A stretch of 63,978 nt of DNA, filler included, from Platydemus manokwari (taxonomy: Eukaryota): assembly GCA_037951405.1 (NCBI GenBank). It is 6 parts of 6 records of this genome, joined end to end, with 100 filler letters (N's around TTAATTAATTAA, not from the genome) between each part and the next. Parts side by side here need not be neighbours in the genome. Positions count along the whole stretch, not along the records: positions 33,664 to 44,631 come from JBBMOY011011081.1; positions 44,732 to 54,104 come from JBBMOY011258097.1; positions 54,205 to 63,978 come from JBBMOY011206210.1; 3 more parts are not named here. One strand, written 5' to 3'. Positions 43,039-56,500 of this stretch are shown piece by piece. The translations under genes and the position numbers were made by a program. Each line of letters opens with the position of its first letter. Positions within the stretch are counted from its first letter, which is position 1. Under the pieces are notes generated by a model. The model was not told the origin of the DNA. It searched no databases and was given only the letters and a program-made list of their open reading frames with translations.

Positions 43039-44600
43039 TCACCGCATTTCTATCATAACATATATGGTGTATGAGATTTTAAAATGGTTAACACCAGTTT
43101 TCACAAACTTTTTTATTGTGTTAGCTAAATCTTTGATGATTTTCCAAGTTAAATCAGTTTCTGGAGTCATAATAATGATTCCTTGTGTGATTATGCAAAT
43201 AAAGAAACCATCCAATGAAATATCAATTAACATAATTTTGGTAGTTAGATTATAAAATCAAAACATTGATTAGAGAGAAAGGCGAAAACGCGTTTAAAGT
43301 TCGTTTCTGTTGATTCACCGCCTACGTATGAATGCAGATAAAATTCCAGTCTAATTCAATTTCAGTTTGCAGTTGATGTTAATGATAAATTTGGATTATT
43401 ATAAAATTGGATTATCTGTATTTTTATAGGTTAGTTATTGAAAGTATATGCATTGCAGGTAGTGAAATAAACTTACCGTTTTTATATGAAGAATTTTGAG
43501 ACTGATTAAAAGGATAGTGTCTACTCATGATGTTGAGTTTTTATTGTAATTAAGTTTTATTTTAAATATCCAACAATTTTAAAATTTTTTTAGAATTTTA
43601 ATAATTTCACTTTTCTTTTATCGCAGAACCTTTTATAATCTATTATTTAAAATAGCGTTTCAAACCTTAATCGTACTTTATTTTTTATCAATACTTGGTC
43701 GCATATTTTACATTTATGTTTTGTTTTTTCTATGATGTTTATTATATTTATTTCCTAAATATTTATCAGACAAAAAGACATCTTTGAGAAAATACAATTC
43801 GATATATAATATCTTTAAATAAAGAAAATAAATGAGATCATGCATTTATTTCATTCAGCCAGTACAAATTTCACTCAAACGTATTACAAGTGCTTCTAAC
43901 ACCAAATATAAATGTAATGTTATATCCTCTATACGGATCTCTAAGTTTCAAAAATTGTACCAGAGTAGAAAATTATTTAAAGAATATGAATGAAATCGTG
44001 AAATAGTTGAAGAAATTAAATAACGAACTACTTTTAACTTAATATTGTTTTCTCCATCATTATTGTACAGCTAAATACTTCATTTCATTTCACAATTTCA
44101 ACACACTAATTTATAAATTATAAAATAATAAGTACAAACATTCTTTTACACTTTATATCATAAATTGATAAATATATACATTATATATATTTTATATCGT
44201 GATTCTAATAGTTTTATCAATCATTTTGGTTTTGGAGGTCACCACATGATGTATTGAGATTTGAGTAATTAAATCTAAAACCAATTAATAATGAATCATT
44301 ATTATTATAAATACTCACTTCTGCAACGATTTCTGTTTCCGTTTATTGTTTTTCAATTTTATAAGTAATGCACCGATGACAATGATCACCAAAGATATGG
44401 TAAAGCACAATAGTATTGAATAAACTACGATCTGAATATGTTTATTCGAAAATCAATAACTTCCGTATTTTTTGCATAATTTTTAGACAAATGTAGAATT
44501 AGCAACTGTGTGGAGTTTGGGGACGAAAAAACTGTTTAGAACTTCAAGGTTTATTATACAGGTAGGAAACATAATATAAACAAACAAATGATGATTTGAT
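43039..44600 (-). pseudogene. Probable decayed peptide-type class A GPCR (TM5 and TM6-7 pieces)
   Basis: ~44318-44440 reads IQIVVYSILLCFTISLVIIVIGALLIKLKNNKRKQKSLQ followed by a gtgagt donor. 43039-43250 reads TTKIMLIDI...FFICIITQGIII...YTIYVM. Stops upstream of TM5. Confidence 0.4.
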
Positions 44601-44631
44601 AAAATATAAACAATGAATAGATAGATTAATT

Positions 44632-44731
44632 NNNNNNNNNNNNNNNNNNNNNNNNNNNNNNNNNNNNNNNNNNNNTTAATTAATTAANNNNNNNNNNNNN
44701 NNNNNNNNNNNNNNNNNNNNNNNNNNNNNNN
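44632..44731. other. Artificial contig linker
   Basis: N44-TTAATTAATTAA-N44. Confidence 0.98.
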
Positions 44732-45379
44732 ACGTTTATTTTTAGTCGCCTACAATCGATCTAGGCAAATATATTGGATTCTTTATTATTGCTTGATTTT
44801 GAAGTAACCTTTTTTGTGTTCATTTGTTTCACAACAGCTGTTATTTAAATTATTAGTAATTTCTAACGAGCTTGTTCTTATATTGCGATCATTGGCTTAG
44901 AGCGTCCCATTTAGCATAAAGCATAGAGCTATTGTTTTTCCGGACACACACGCGCATTTTCGTGCAGTGTCATACAATATATTTTTTTTCAACACAATTC
45001 ATCTCTTACTACTTCGATAGTAATAAACACATATTTAATATATACGCAAATAATACAAACATATTTAATTTCCTAAAAAAAATCAAGTTTTTAATGATTT
45101 CTTTAAATTCTAATAATTTCAATAGTAAAATTAATTAATTATAAAAATAAATTTTAAATCAAATTATTATGAAATAAACCACTATAAATAAAGATCTTCA
45201 AAATGCATTGGATTTTATTGTATTGACAAATAAGAACAATGATGAACAATTATTAATGAGTACTAAATTTAATAATAATGATTTTCATAAATGTTTTACA
45301 TAACATGGGATAATGTAATTAAAAGTTATAACCTAAATGTTTAATACGTTACTAGAAATGGATATAAAAAGACACTATT

Positions 45380-45638
45380 ATTTCCTAAATTGATGGATTT
45401 TCTTTTAGCTTAATAAATAGAAATAATAAATCAGATAATTAGGTACCGGATAACAATAAAATATTCTACAATGAAAAATTAATATCATGCTTCTTGAGGA
45501 AAAACATGCAATAGCAGTGATTAAAATATTTCCAATCAATATTAAAGAGAAATGCAAGAGTATAATCAGAAGTCCCCAATGAAATGATTTATTTACATAA
45601 ATGATTGTCACAATAAGACATTCGCACAATTTTTTCAA
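45380..45638 (-). pseudogene. Possible decayed GPCR TM1-TM2
   Basis: FSLILIGNILITAI (TM1 GN motif), then after a frameshift/stop LSDLLFLFI (TM2 L.xD motif). Confidence 0.35.
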
Positions 45639-46946
45639 TTGATTTGGACCAAAGAATTTGATTATTCAAATCTACAAATCGAATCAATAATTTTCCATTA
45701 GTTAAGAATGAATTAAGAAATCACTTAAGTTAAATATTATTATAAAGCAGTCTTTGTTTATTATTTTCTCTGCATCATAAAATTGGCCAAAATAACTAGC
45801 GAGTTACTAATTCGACCTTTAACAGTGGTTTTCGTTCTTAATTTTGCACTTGATTACAAAATAAACATTTTAATTACAGCCCGTTTTCCCAATTATATTT
45901 ATTGACGAATTCACTTCATTAAGTACGTAGCAGTAATAAAATGTCCAAGCCAAAGCACATCTTAAAATGATTTTATTTGTTTAAATACCTCAGAAATTTA
46001 AAATATTATATTATATTTCAGTTTTAACAATTCTTGGTTTCTACTTTCAAATAATATTATTTAAGCCTATAATAACTAAATGATATTTGAATAGTGGTGA
46101 AATTCATTGATCGGATAACATTTGAGAACATTCTATTTGAATAAGTTAACTTTACAAGTCAACAAAAATATTTAAAATCAGATTTGAAATCAGGACAAAA
46201 AACACATAAAAAATCATCTAACTTTATTCAAGGAGCAAAACATTTTTGAATTGATGTTCCTATTATCAGTATCTATATTGTTCTAGAAGTCCAGTAGTGA
46301 ACCATCTCACCATTCGATAATAGATATTCGGTAAGAAGCGATAAAAACTTTTGATATTTTAAAAAATATTTTCATACACTGATCGAAAAATTTTAATTCT
46401 AGTTAAACCATGTCGCTTATGAATAAAATAAGTAATGAATAATATGATATCGGTAAAATATATTTAATTTGTGTGTTGATAATTATTTGTTTACAATTTT
46501 TGCTGACACACGAAAATAATTGGATGTGGTTTTCCTCACTAAACAGCTGGCACTAAATCACTCATTTTATTATATATTTTGTTAAATTTCGTCTCGACAC
46601 AACAACAATATGAAGATTATTGATCTGATGTTCTCAATTGAAATTTGTTTTGAAAATCAATATTATTGTATTAATTTATTTATCTATTTATCTGATTATC
46701 GAGTTCCATCAGTCCAAAATACAAATAATAGTACTGAAACACGAAATACTCATTTTAAACAAGATCCACATCGATTGTCAATTCCACAAATCTGAAATAA
46801 ATTCGAAATCTCAATAAAAAGAATAATTTAAATTGAGACTTGCGGTCCAAGCTATTAGATAAACATTGTCAAAATCTATAATATTTTGTAAACATTATTT
46901 TGTGAAAATATCTAGAAATTAAATATATAATAAATAATATATAATG

Positions 46947-46947
<1 letters not shown>

Positions 46948-46990
<43 letters not shown>
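46948..46990. repeat. (AAT)n microsatellite
   Basis: About 14 uninterrupted AAT units. Confidence 0.9.
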
Positions 46991-46992
<2 letters not shown>

Positions 46993-48807
46993 ATTATAAA
47001 CATAATAATAAACGTGTAATAAATTAAAATAAATCAAATCGACTTGTCATACTAAGAGCTCGATCATTCATGCATTAATAGCCTCTTATTGATTTTCAAA
47101 GTCTTAATATCAATAAAGTTTCTTTTACCAAATTTGTTATTTTGCTTTCATTTGTGCAATCATTTAAAGACCATGGCAACCAGTATTCGTTAGAAGCTTA
47201 AAACCATTGCAATACTTTACAAAATAATTACACTTTTGATCGATGGCTGCCTATTGACAAGTAATTTTTCCATTTTTGGAGTGTAAAATCCATAATAATA
47301 AAACAACGGTTATCTATTTTAAATTGTAAAATAACCACTGAATTTTGAAATTTTCATAAATTGCTGTAATTCTGTCTAATAATTATTCGAATTTAGTCAC
47401 GGTTTCATCTCGATGCATTTAAAAACACCCACAAACCTGAGCAACACGTTATCATGAGTCGTTGCTTGTTTGGTTTTAAATCGAATATATTCCATGATGT
47501 TTCCTTTTTGAACTCTCATGTTTGAAGTGTCACAAAATGTACCGTATTTAAAGGAATTTATATGCGTACCGGTTCCATTAAACGACTTTTCTTTAATTGA
47601 CAGCACTTAGTTTTATAAAAAACTGATTTTATGTGAGAAAATAAACTTCTTTAAAGAATATTCTTAGGTTGAAGCTTACTTCCGCTATTTGAACTCTAAT
47701 GCTATGTAGAGATCTCTTTCGACATTGTAAGATCCGGATGGTTTAGAAAAACTTATTACAAAAAATATCAAGACGACAAAATTTTACGAAGATTATTTTA
47801 TTTCATGAAGTGGTTTTATGTTTGTTTTTATTTTTAATGGTCACTGATTTCACAGAGTATTGGTGTTACTTATCAAAATAAGTTTACAATTAATCTTCTG
47901 ACTTTTATTTTAAATTGAAAAAACTTTGATTCGATAAAAGACTAAAAAACCAGTCTTTTTAAGATAATATAGTATCTGACTTTAATATTACAAGTTTTTA
48001 CTCGACCAATTTTAGAATGTGTACAATTTAATGGAAAAATGAATTTGAAACTACTAAATAAATTAATTAAATTGAATGTAAAAGTATTAAATTAAATAAT
48101 TAATCTAAGATTTGATTATAACAATTAGTGGATCTTATCACCAGTCGAAAAATAATTGTCAATCTATTTTACTTTTTTCTGAATTGTCAGTTACGTAACA
48201 TTTTTTTTGATTTAATCCAAATTTAACCGTGTGAAAGTGATTTAAAGAATTTCAAAGTAAATATCGACACTGAATGAGGTGATATTAAGTCAAGTGACTA
48301 TCTACAGTAAATGGAAAATGGATTTTCAATTAGAATGATATTGATCGAGTTTAATAAAATGGAAATTAGCGATCTGTTTGTGATATTATATTAAGATTGG
48401 AAATATGAGTTTTTTAATTACTGATAAATTATTTTGAATATAATTATTTATTTAAGATTAATTACTTAATTTCTTAAATATTTTAATTATTATTTTTTTA
48501 ATTAGTAACTTTACGCATTATTAAATCTAATTTCGAAATAATATCGTTTTCTATTTGAGTTTAAAAATGTCAAAAATAAATTCAATTTGATAGGTCAATT
48601 TAGCACAAAGAATTTTTGCATTTCATCGTTCTATACACATCTAGATGCTTATATGCTTCCTAATTATTTAACATTCATTTGAAGAATGATTTACCTCTGA
48701 CTTATATAATAGATGAAATTAGTATTTGTTTCTAAGTTCAGTAATCAGTATTATGTGATGTATTACGCACTATTAATTGGGTTCTGGTGAATATAAGATG
48801 AATATAT

Positions 48808-48813
<6 letters not shown>

Positions 48814-48852
<39 letters not shown>
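48814..48852. repeat. (TA)n microsatellite
   Basis: About 19 TA units. Confidence 0.92.
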
Positions 48853-48855
<3 letters not shown>

Positions 48856-49559
48856 TTTGGATGCAAGACCAGAAACCGCTGGACAGTGAATACAAATATG
48901 AACTTTCGTTTCCTGTTTGGTAATACATCTTCGGTAAAGTGGAAATTTGTTCATTATCAAATAATAAGGTATATAGTTCTGCAAAAAGTTTCAAGCTTGA
49001 TAAGTAAAAATCCAGACTTCCGGTGACAGGTGAAAGTTCTTGAGTGGCTTTTGAGACAAATGAGAGACTGAAAAACACTGGATCTACCTGGTCTGTTTCT
49101 TTATTAAAGATCACTTATTGAAAAAGAACATTGATGTCGATTCATGAAAAATGTCGGAGAATTTTCCGCGTTTATCCTTGAAGAAAAAATATAATTTGTC
49201 CGGTTCAACAGTGACTTTAAGTTGTATCTCTGTATTGTGGTGATATAACTCGACATCGATTCGGTACTTCCTCAGTTTTGTGGGTGGTATTGTTTATTTT
49301 GAGTTATGGTAGGGCGTCTTTCTTACTAACTTCAGAGATGGCATTGGCATCTTAATTTAACCGATCAATCAAAGAAGGTAAACGATGATAAGATCCCTAT
49401 AAGGATCGCCAACCCGACACCAATGTCAGTGAAATATCAGAATAAACACTGATCGTGGTGCAATCAGCAAAATTTGAGGTATGCAAACCATTAGAAGTAT
49501 AAAATCTAGATATTACAGAGCAACAATGTGCTCATAATACGAAATGGCTTAACAAATAC

Positions 49560-50110
49560 TCGGATGCATTTGAAAAATATAGCATGATCTCGGAATTTGC
49601 AAATGTTGCAACACTGTATAGTACGAGTCAACACGCAGCCTATTTACCAGATACTTATCGGGTACCTATAACTATAGAGGCTGAGATTCAACAACAAAGC
49701 AGTTAGTTGTGAGATCAAGAAAGAACCAGGTCAGGAAATTAATCTTGGAGATCACTCATTGTGGTGATTAAGAAAATAGGGAACAATGACTATTAAAAAA
49801 TCAACCAGAAAACTAGAAAATGCACTTTTCCTTTACCTGTCATAGATGAATTTATTGAAAGAGTTCGAGAAGCGGACTTATTCACAATTGTAGAATTACA
49901 AACGAGCTATAATAATATACAAGATAAGAAATCCATATCAAACGCAGTTTTTACAAATTAAAAAGGTTTGTACGAATTCATAACAATGCAATTTTTACTC
50001 AATGGAACGTTTAAAAGAATCACGAATCTGATCCTCATGAACGTTCACTATGTCATTGTTTAAATTGATGAAGTCATCATCTTCTCAAAAGAATATGATG
50101 ATATGCCTAG
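49560..50110 (+). pseudogene. Decayed Ty3/gypsy reverse transcriptase fragment
   Basis: YRVPITIEAEIQQQ...SWRSLIVVIKK...DY*KINQKTRKCTFPLPVIDEFIE...KGLYEFITMQF...VIV*IDEVIIFSK corresponds to gypsy RT domains 1-5 with stops. Confidence 0.82.
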
Positions 50111-50799
50111 TCATCGAAAAAATAGTCAAAATAGGAACAAAAAATGTTTTCGTATAGCCATGTTTAGGAAAAAGCAAGGGGACAGCGCATAAATATTATA
50201 AGGATCAAATGCGACTTCAATGCAATTGATATATGTCAACAAAGGATCCCATACAATAAAACAACATTTTTGAAATTAAACGTAAAATAAATATTCGATA
50301 ATATTTCAAAACTACCAGTTCGTGTTTATTTCCCGATGCTGATCATTTCATAATCTATCATGATATGGATAGGTGAAGTTGGTCAGCAAATCAAAGACAT
50401 GAAATCAGGAGCCGCGATCAAAGACTATCCAAGGCTCATCTGCGGAACAAGAAGAATATAAATCCTCATATCAGATACCTACGGAAATTTAACACTGCCT
50501 AGTTTCTGTTGTGATGATGCTTATTGTAAGTAAATAACAGAATTCGCTCTATTGGTTGAAATGTGATGTCAATCTAATAGGTTGGTAAAATTTCAAATTA
50601 TAATACCAAAAATCAAATGCGAAATTTCTCTATTGATACAAGACAAATAAAATTCCAAATGGTTATGATCGTTTAGAAATTATAATATTTTTCACAAATG
50701 CTGAAAATTACCTTTTGATTCAAAAAGTCTCAGACAGACAAAAAAACAAAAAAAATTTACTATTTATTTAAAACCTTTGTTAATAAGATAGCCAGGTAA

Positions 50800-53040
50800 A
50801 ATCGACTTTATAAATTAGAGTCTTTCAAATGATCGACTCTAACATCACATTTCGCATTTTATCCGTTTTACGTCCGATTAGATCTCATAATCTTCTGATT
50901 CCATTGTTGGTTCCCAACCTTTGATTTGTAATGATTTGATTTTTTCGGCACTCCACTTGAGTGGAATTGCCATTGGAGGTAGGAGGTTGAGATATTAGAT
51001 TTATTGCGATTTAATGGATTAGCTGTTGTGGAATATCATCATTCTTTTTATTCATGTTCCCAGTACACCGACTATGAATGTGTAAAGTTCCACTGTCTAG
51101 TTTGGTTTTTTCTTCTTAATCTCATCGCAAAGAGCTGAATATTTTTCAATGTTTTTGTTGCTAGTCTCTTTGATGAGTTTGAGTTCGTCCATTGGACATT
51201 TGATATCCGCCAGCATAATCATAGACTTTCTTTCGTAAATCATCTGTAAATCTTCTCGCAAATTAGATCCAATGAATTGACACTTTTGATCAGTGAGGAC
51301 ACGAAAGTCCGTATTATTTACTACATAATTTGCTATAATTTCCTTGATTTGGTCATGACAAAACGTTTTGAATGACGTTAATGGTTTCATATACTAAAGA
51401 CATGTGTTTGTGACTTTGTTGAGTAAAGGCTTTTTCTACATGCCATTCCATTCATGAAATTCTTATTCCGTGTTGGTAGCATTTTTATCTTCGCCTTGTC
51501 GATAGATTGAAATTCAGCGATTGTCAGGTATCCACGAAATTTTATTTTGCTCCACATAGGGGTAGTTGTTCTGTTAAGACAATTGTAGCACCCGCTTCCA
51601 ATTTGCTTGTTCAAAAGCATTTGATATGATTGAGCAAGGCATCTCCTTAATATTTCTGGGGCTTTCTTTATTCTGTTGGGCTCTATAATTGCTGATCTTG
51701 AGAAATTAATCCCGTTTGATAGAAAATTTTGTTCAATTCTAAGCATTAAGATGTTATTGATAATTTCGAATCCCACATATATTTAATAGATTCTCTCCCA
51801 CTTTCTATGTGTTCCTGAAATGTGGTTTCACTTTGGTTTTTGGCTACGACTTCTGTCTTTGCCGCTTTGTTCAGAGAGTGGTATGCAGCTTGTTTGTAAC
51901 TTCGTGTTTGCTGGTGAGTAAATAGAACACGTGTATGATAGATTGGATGGTGTAATCGTCTGACAGTTCCGAAAACCGCAACGGCCATTGGGTTTTGAGG
52001 TATATTTATAGTTGATGGTGCAGTATTTAAAAGAACACTTACCATTGTTTTCAGATTCTTGCGTCCTATCAGGTCGAATTCCAATAGTCTGGTAAATGTG
52101 ATGTAATAGTTCCGGGGGAAGAAGGTTACTTTGATGTGTATAAACAACTCAAAGGCTCTTAGCTTTTGTCACGGTAAGTGTATTGATTCTGTTAGCTTTT
52201 CCATATTCTTTTCAATATCAATGAAAAGAGCCTCGGTGGAGTTGTGTAACTTAAGAGAAAAGTTAACTCCTAGGTATCGATAGTGATTTTTCAGTTCAAT
52301 GAGAGGTATCCTTTGTCCACCAGATAGAAATTACTCAGAATTGAGACAGTTTTCGTATTGTGCAGATATCCACATTTGAAGGCTGGTACATTATTGATCA
52401 TTGATTTGAGATTTTCACTATTTTTTCCTATAAGCGTGAGCTCGTCTGCATTAGTCAGTCAGGAGATCTTGGTGCTGGCTATTAGTAAACCCCCTATTTT
52501 GTTTTCTTCCAGTTTCACAAGTATGGAGTTGATCGCAATATTAAAAGTAACATTGAGATTGAGCATCCTTGTCTGACCTCGCGCTTCATTATGATTGCAA
52601 TCTGTTTCGTAGTCACCACATTTATATGTTGTTCGGCAGTTTCTGTACAGGAATTTGATTAATTTGTCAACACCCATATGTTTTAGGATGGTTAACATGG
52701 CTTTTATGTTTGCAAATAGAAAGGCTTCTTCGATGTCCATTAAAGTGATATGGATATCATCTCTTTTGTAGGTTCTTCCAATAAGGCTCGTAGAAGGAAA
52801 TTGTGCTCTGGATAACCGTCTTCTGGGTCTAAACTCTTTTGTAGAGAGTGTATTAGGTTGTTAGTCTCTCTCAATACTCGCAATTGTAGACAAAGGGTCG
52901 TCGTTGGTAATTTATAGCAGAAATCTAGTAATGCGATAGGTCGCCATAGTCCGATTTTGTCACATTGCCCGCAGAGATTTAGTTTATCCTCAGCTAAAAG
53001 GTAGAGGCATCTCAGAAACAATTTGTGGAAGATATTCAAG
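50800..53040 (-). mobile_element. Non-LTR retrotransposon of the restriction-like endonuclease class (R2/NeSL/R4-like); 5'-truncated and degenerate
   Basis: RT: WRPIALL..CYKL, QK....DG..EHNFLL, DIEEAF, FNIAINSIL, ADE, YRYLGVNF. A degenerate CCHC region (MLPTR...CRK...TH) follows, then the RLE (REDL...LADIKCPMD...KNIEKYSAL...FIVGVLGT). Confidence 0.88.
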
Positions 53041-53329
53041 TGGAAGTCAGAGATGTAATTATAAAAATATATTCATAATCGATTATTTCCCATTGACAAT
53101 ACAAAATGTCTGGGAAATATTTACATCTTTTGGTACATTCATAGTAGTGTATATAGAAATCTCTGTAATGGTAATAAATGTTGGGGTTCCGAGAAAAATA
53201 GACAATGAAACTTTGCATGTTTATGATATCGGTGTATAATAGTATTACTTTTTAACATTTTATTGTAAATGATTTGATGTGCAAATATTACTCAATTTTT
53301 TTTCTTGTGCTTATTTTCTCAAAAACAAA

Positions 53330-54104
53330 AAGTCGTAAACCCTAAATCAATTAGAAATTTTAGTCGAATAATAATAATATTTAATCAAAGTTAAAAATAA
53401 AATAGTTAAAAAGAAATCTTTGTCGTAAATTGGAATATTAAATGTTTTTGTTAAAATATTAAATATTTCGGTTAAAGATAATAATTGTAGGAAATCCTTT
53501 CATCATATTTTAATATGATAATAATTTAGAATAAAATTTGATTAATTTTTGGTTAAAAAAACTTAGAATAAATTGATAAAATAGAATTAATTAAAATGAA
53601 AATAAGTTAATTATTTTCATTTTCTGCCCCACGACTATAAAATCTAATCCTTTAAACCCCTATTTTTTCCGAAATTACCAGTATATTAAAATAATACCCA
53701 ACAATAAAACCCGCACGGCAACTAAGGCAGAGAGAAAAATCTTTTGAATTGAGAAAAGTCGTCACAATAAAGAATAAAAGCACTCGCATATTTTTTTATT
53801 CATCCTGAATAATATCCCATTGTCCATCAAACCATATATAAACCAGTAGAAAAATCATACGCCTTTCGAACTACCCGCCTGTTACAAAACGAAAGCCCCA
53901 GTTGGAAACCACTAGAACAATTCGTGAAGTTTAAGAAGATCATTATCGCCGTCAATCTCTCTGCAGCCGTTGTTCCAGCATATGCCCTATATTTCTTATA
54001 GGAAGAGCATTAATTAATACTGTCCACCCGAAGACGAGATCACGTAAGAGTAATTCCTGTAAAATCAATATATTCTTATTTATCTCGCATATTCTCCCTA
54101 TTTA
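53330..54104 (-). repeat. Dispersed repeat, homologous to 40345-41075; truncated by contig end
   Basis: Reverse complement is collinear with 40345-41075. Confidence 0.85.
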
Positions 54105-54204
54105 NNNNNNNNNNNNNNNNNNNNNNNNNNNNNNNNNNNNNNNNNNNNTTAATTAATTAANNNNNNNNNNNNNNNNNNNNNNNNNNNNNNNNNNNNNNNN
54201 NNNN
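54105..54204. other. Artificial contig linker
   Basis: N44-TTAATTAATTAA-N44. Confidence 0.98.
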
Positions 54205-54769
54205 GCGTTATAATTCATATAAATTTTTGTTGAGGAAATATCCGGATAAAATATATTTTTTTCCACAAATGAAATCGACAAATATGTAGATGAGAGTTAT
54301 GTTTGAAATGGAAACAAAAATATTGAAAATCAATATCTATTCAAGTATTACTAATCCAGATTCAGACGGTATTGGAATTTATTTAATCTGGCTAATAATG
54401 TTTTAAATAAAAAAAATTTTATTACAATATCTTTAATGTTTCACAGACTATCTCCAATGTAAAGAAATCAAAATTGGAAAAAATAATCAGAATTTAATGT
54501 TGGCTACATAATTTATGTAAATTAGATGTCTATGTTGTAGATTTCATAGATAAAATGTTAATTACAATAATAGAATACTGGTAGATAAAATTAACGAGAT
54601 TTAATTTATTTAGTAAAAAGAATATCAGAAAAGAAATGTTTCCTAGACAAATAGACTTAATAAAAAGGAACATGTTCCGCAAGAAATATCATTCATGATA
54701 AATAACAATCTGAAAATAATTTCTCAGATTTAATATATAGGAATTGGCAAAAAATCCCTATATTTAGAT

Positions 54770-56500
54770 TTATTTGTTATAACTAATGACGTCTCGATCA
54801 TTGAGTTGTTCTCCATATATGTCTACTGATAAATGCGTTGTGGTGTCCGAAATATGTGGTAGCGATGAATTATCTTCATCCGTAATTGGCGTTTCTCGCT
54901 GTCGCGCAATGGTAAATACGGTTACCTGCATGACCTCGACATCCTGGGCATAATCGGGTACTAATCCTAAATCAAATAAGTAGTCATCATCGTTTATGGG
55001 ATTTTCCCGTACTGTAAGTACAAATGATTTGTGTTTGAATAGTTTAGTTTTTACTGTTTGTTTAATATTTCTCATTATGTTGAAACACGATACCTATTTC
55101 AAAAATTGGTCCCAGTAATCCGTTTCAATGATTACGTTATTTTTCATTGAATAACCTGATTTATTGAGGTATGAGTCAATGTCTCTGTAATAATACGTCA
55201 TAATTGTTTCGAGCTATGCTTCCAGTATTGGGGCTATTTGTCATAAAAGATCCCAAGGGATTGTCATACATGTGTTTACTGAGCTTGTTCTTGACATTTT
55301 CCTGAATATTGTGCTTCCTTCTTTTACTTTTTTCCGAGTTCCTTGAAAAACTGTGTAACTTTACACTTTTCTTCTTGTAAAAGTTCGAGCGCGCTTCATT
55401 CGTTTAATGTGAAAGTGATATTCTCTCAGCGTTCGAGATGTCCTTACCTATAATAACTAACTTTTGTTCCATATTAGGTTTGTCCTGCTTAGCGATGAGC
55501 TCTTTATTTTTGTTGAGCAGATTGACACTTAGCACAATATTGCTGCATAATGGTTTCCACACTTCCTCATCTTTGTTAACCTTATGATGAATACTCCTTC
55601 CGCATGAATTATTCCTCATCTGCATGATTATACAATTAAAATTGGATTCTTTTTAACAAGTCTGTTCAATATTTAGCATTTTTGGTTATTATTTATTTGA
55701 GAATTCCATCTCTTACTACTTTATTAATTGTGATTTCAGTATAGATGACTAATTTCCAATCTTATGAGATGTCCTCCAATGTTTCCAGCATAAGTACCTA
55801 ATCTTTCCACAAGTTTTCTTTATTTATCTGGTTGATACCTTAACGATCTAATGAGTGTTGGAGTGATACTCAATATGATGCGTCTCTACTGATGGATTAT
55901 ACTTTATGAGATTCCCTTAGCCCATCTTTTAACATCGTTGAAAAATTTGATCTTATGCACAAAAAGTCGAAAATGTTCCAAACATTCTGAATTGCGTTGA
56001 ACCTTTTCTGCAATGACTCATTTTTACTTCCAATCTACAAATGCTTTCTTCAAATGATCATATACTTTATTTATCATATGTCGTTCCCATTTAGTGCGAT
56101 CACCGTACTGTAGAGTATGTGATAAATCGATCAAGAAGGATTATCAAAACCATCGAATAACCTTGCATGATAAACACACGTTCTAGTAGCCAATCATATG
56201 CTCTTCAGGTCACTCTAACAAATAGAAAGCAGAGCTGTAAGAACCTGTTTGCAAAATGTTTGGCTCAACTAAGTCTATCGTTGCCGATTCATTCATGACG
56301 TAATTATACTTTTCTCAGACCAAGCCCCTAAGAGAAATCTATGAACATATTATCATGTTGCCTTGGTCAACTCCATTAAATAACCGGAAATAAACTGCAG
56401 TGAACTCATGGAACAGAATGTGTCTCCATTGTATGATTTGACACATTTTTGTATTATGATACTATCCTATGTTATTCTGAACGTCATCTTTATTTTTTTT
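54770..56500 (-). pseudogene. Decayed intronless coding-like block of unknown origin
   Basis: GC-richer than its flanks. Contains ORF pieces 54770-55075 and 55404-55625 plus protein-like read-through with scattered stops at ~55770-56300. Confidence 0.4.

Noticed and set aside
47397-47606. Possible hAT transposase 'D.S.......Y.RF' fragment
   Set aside because: Similarity too weak to support a call.
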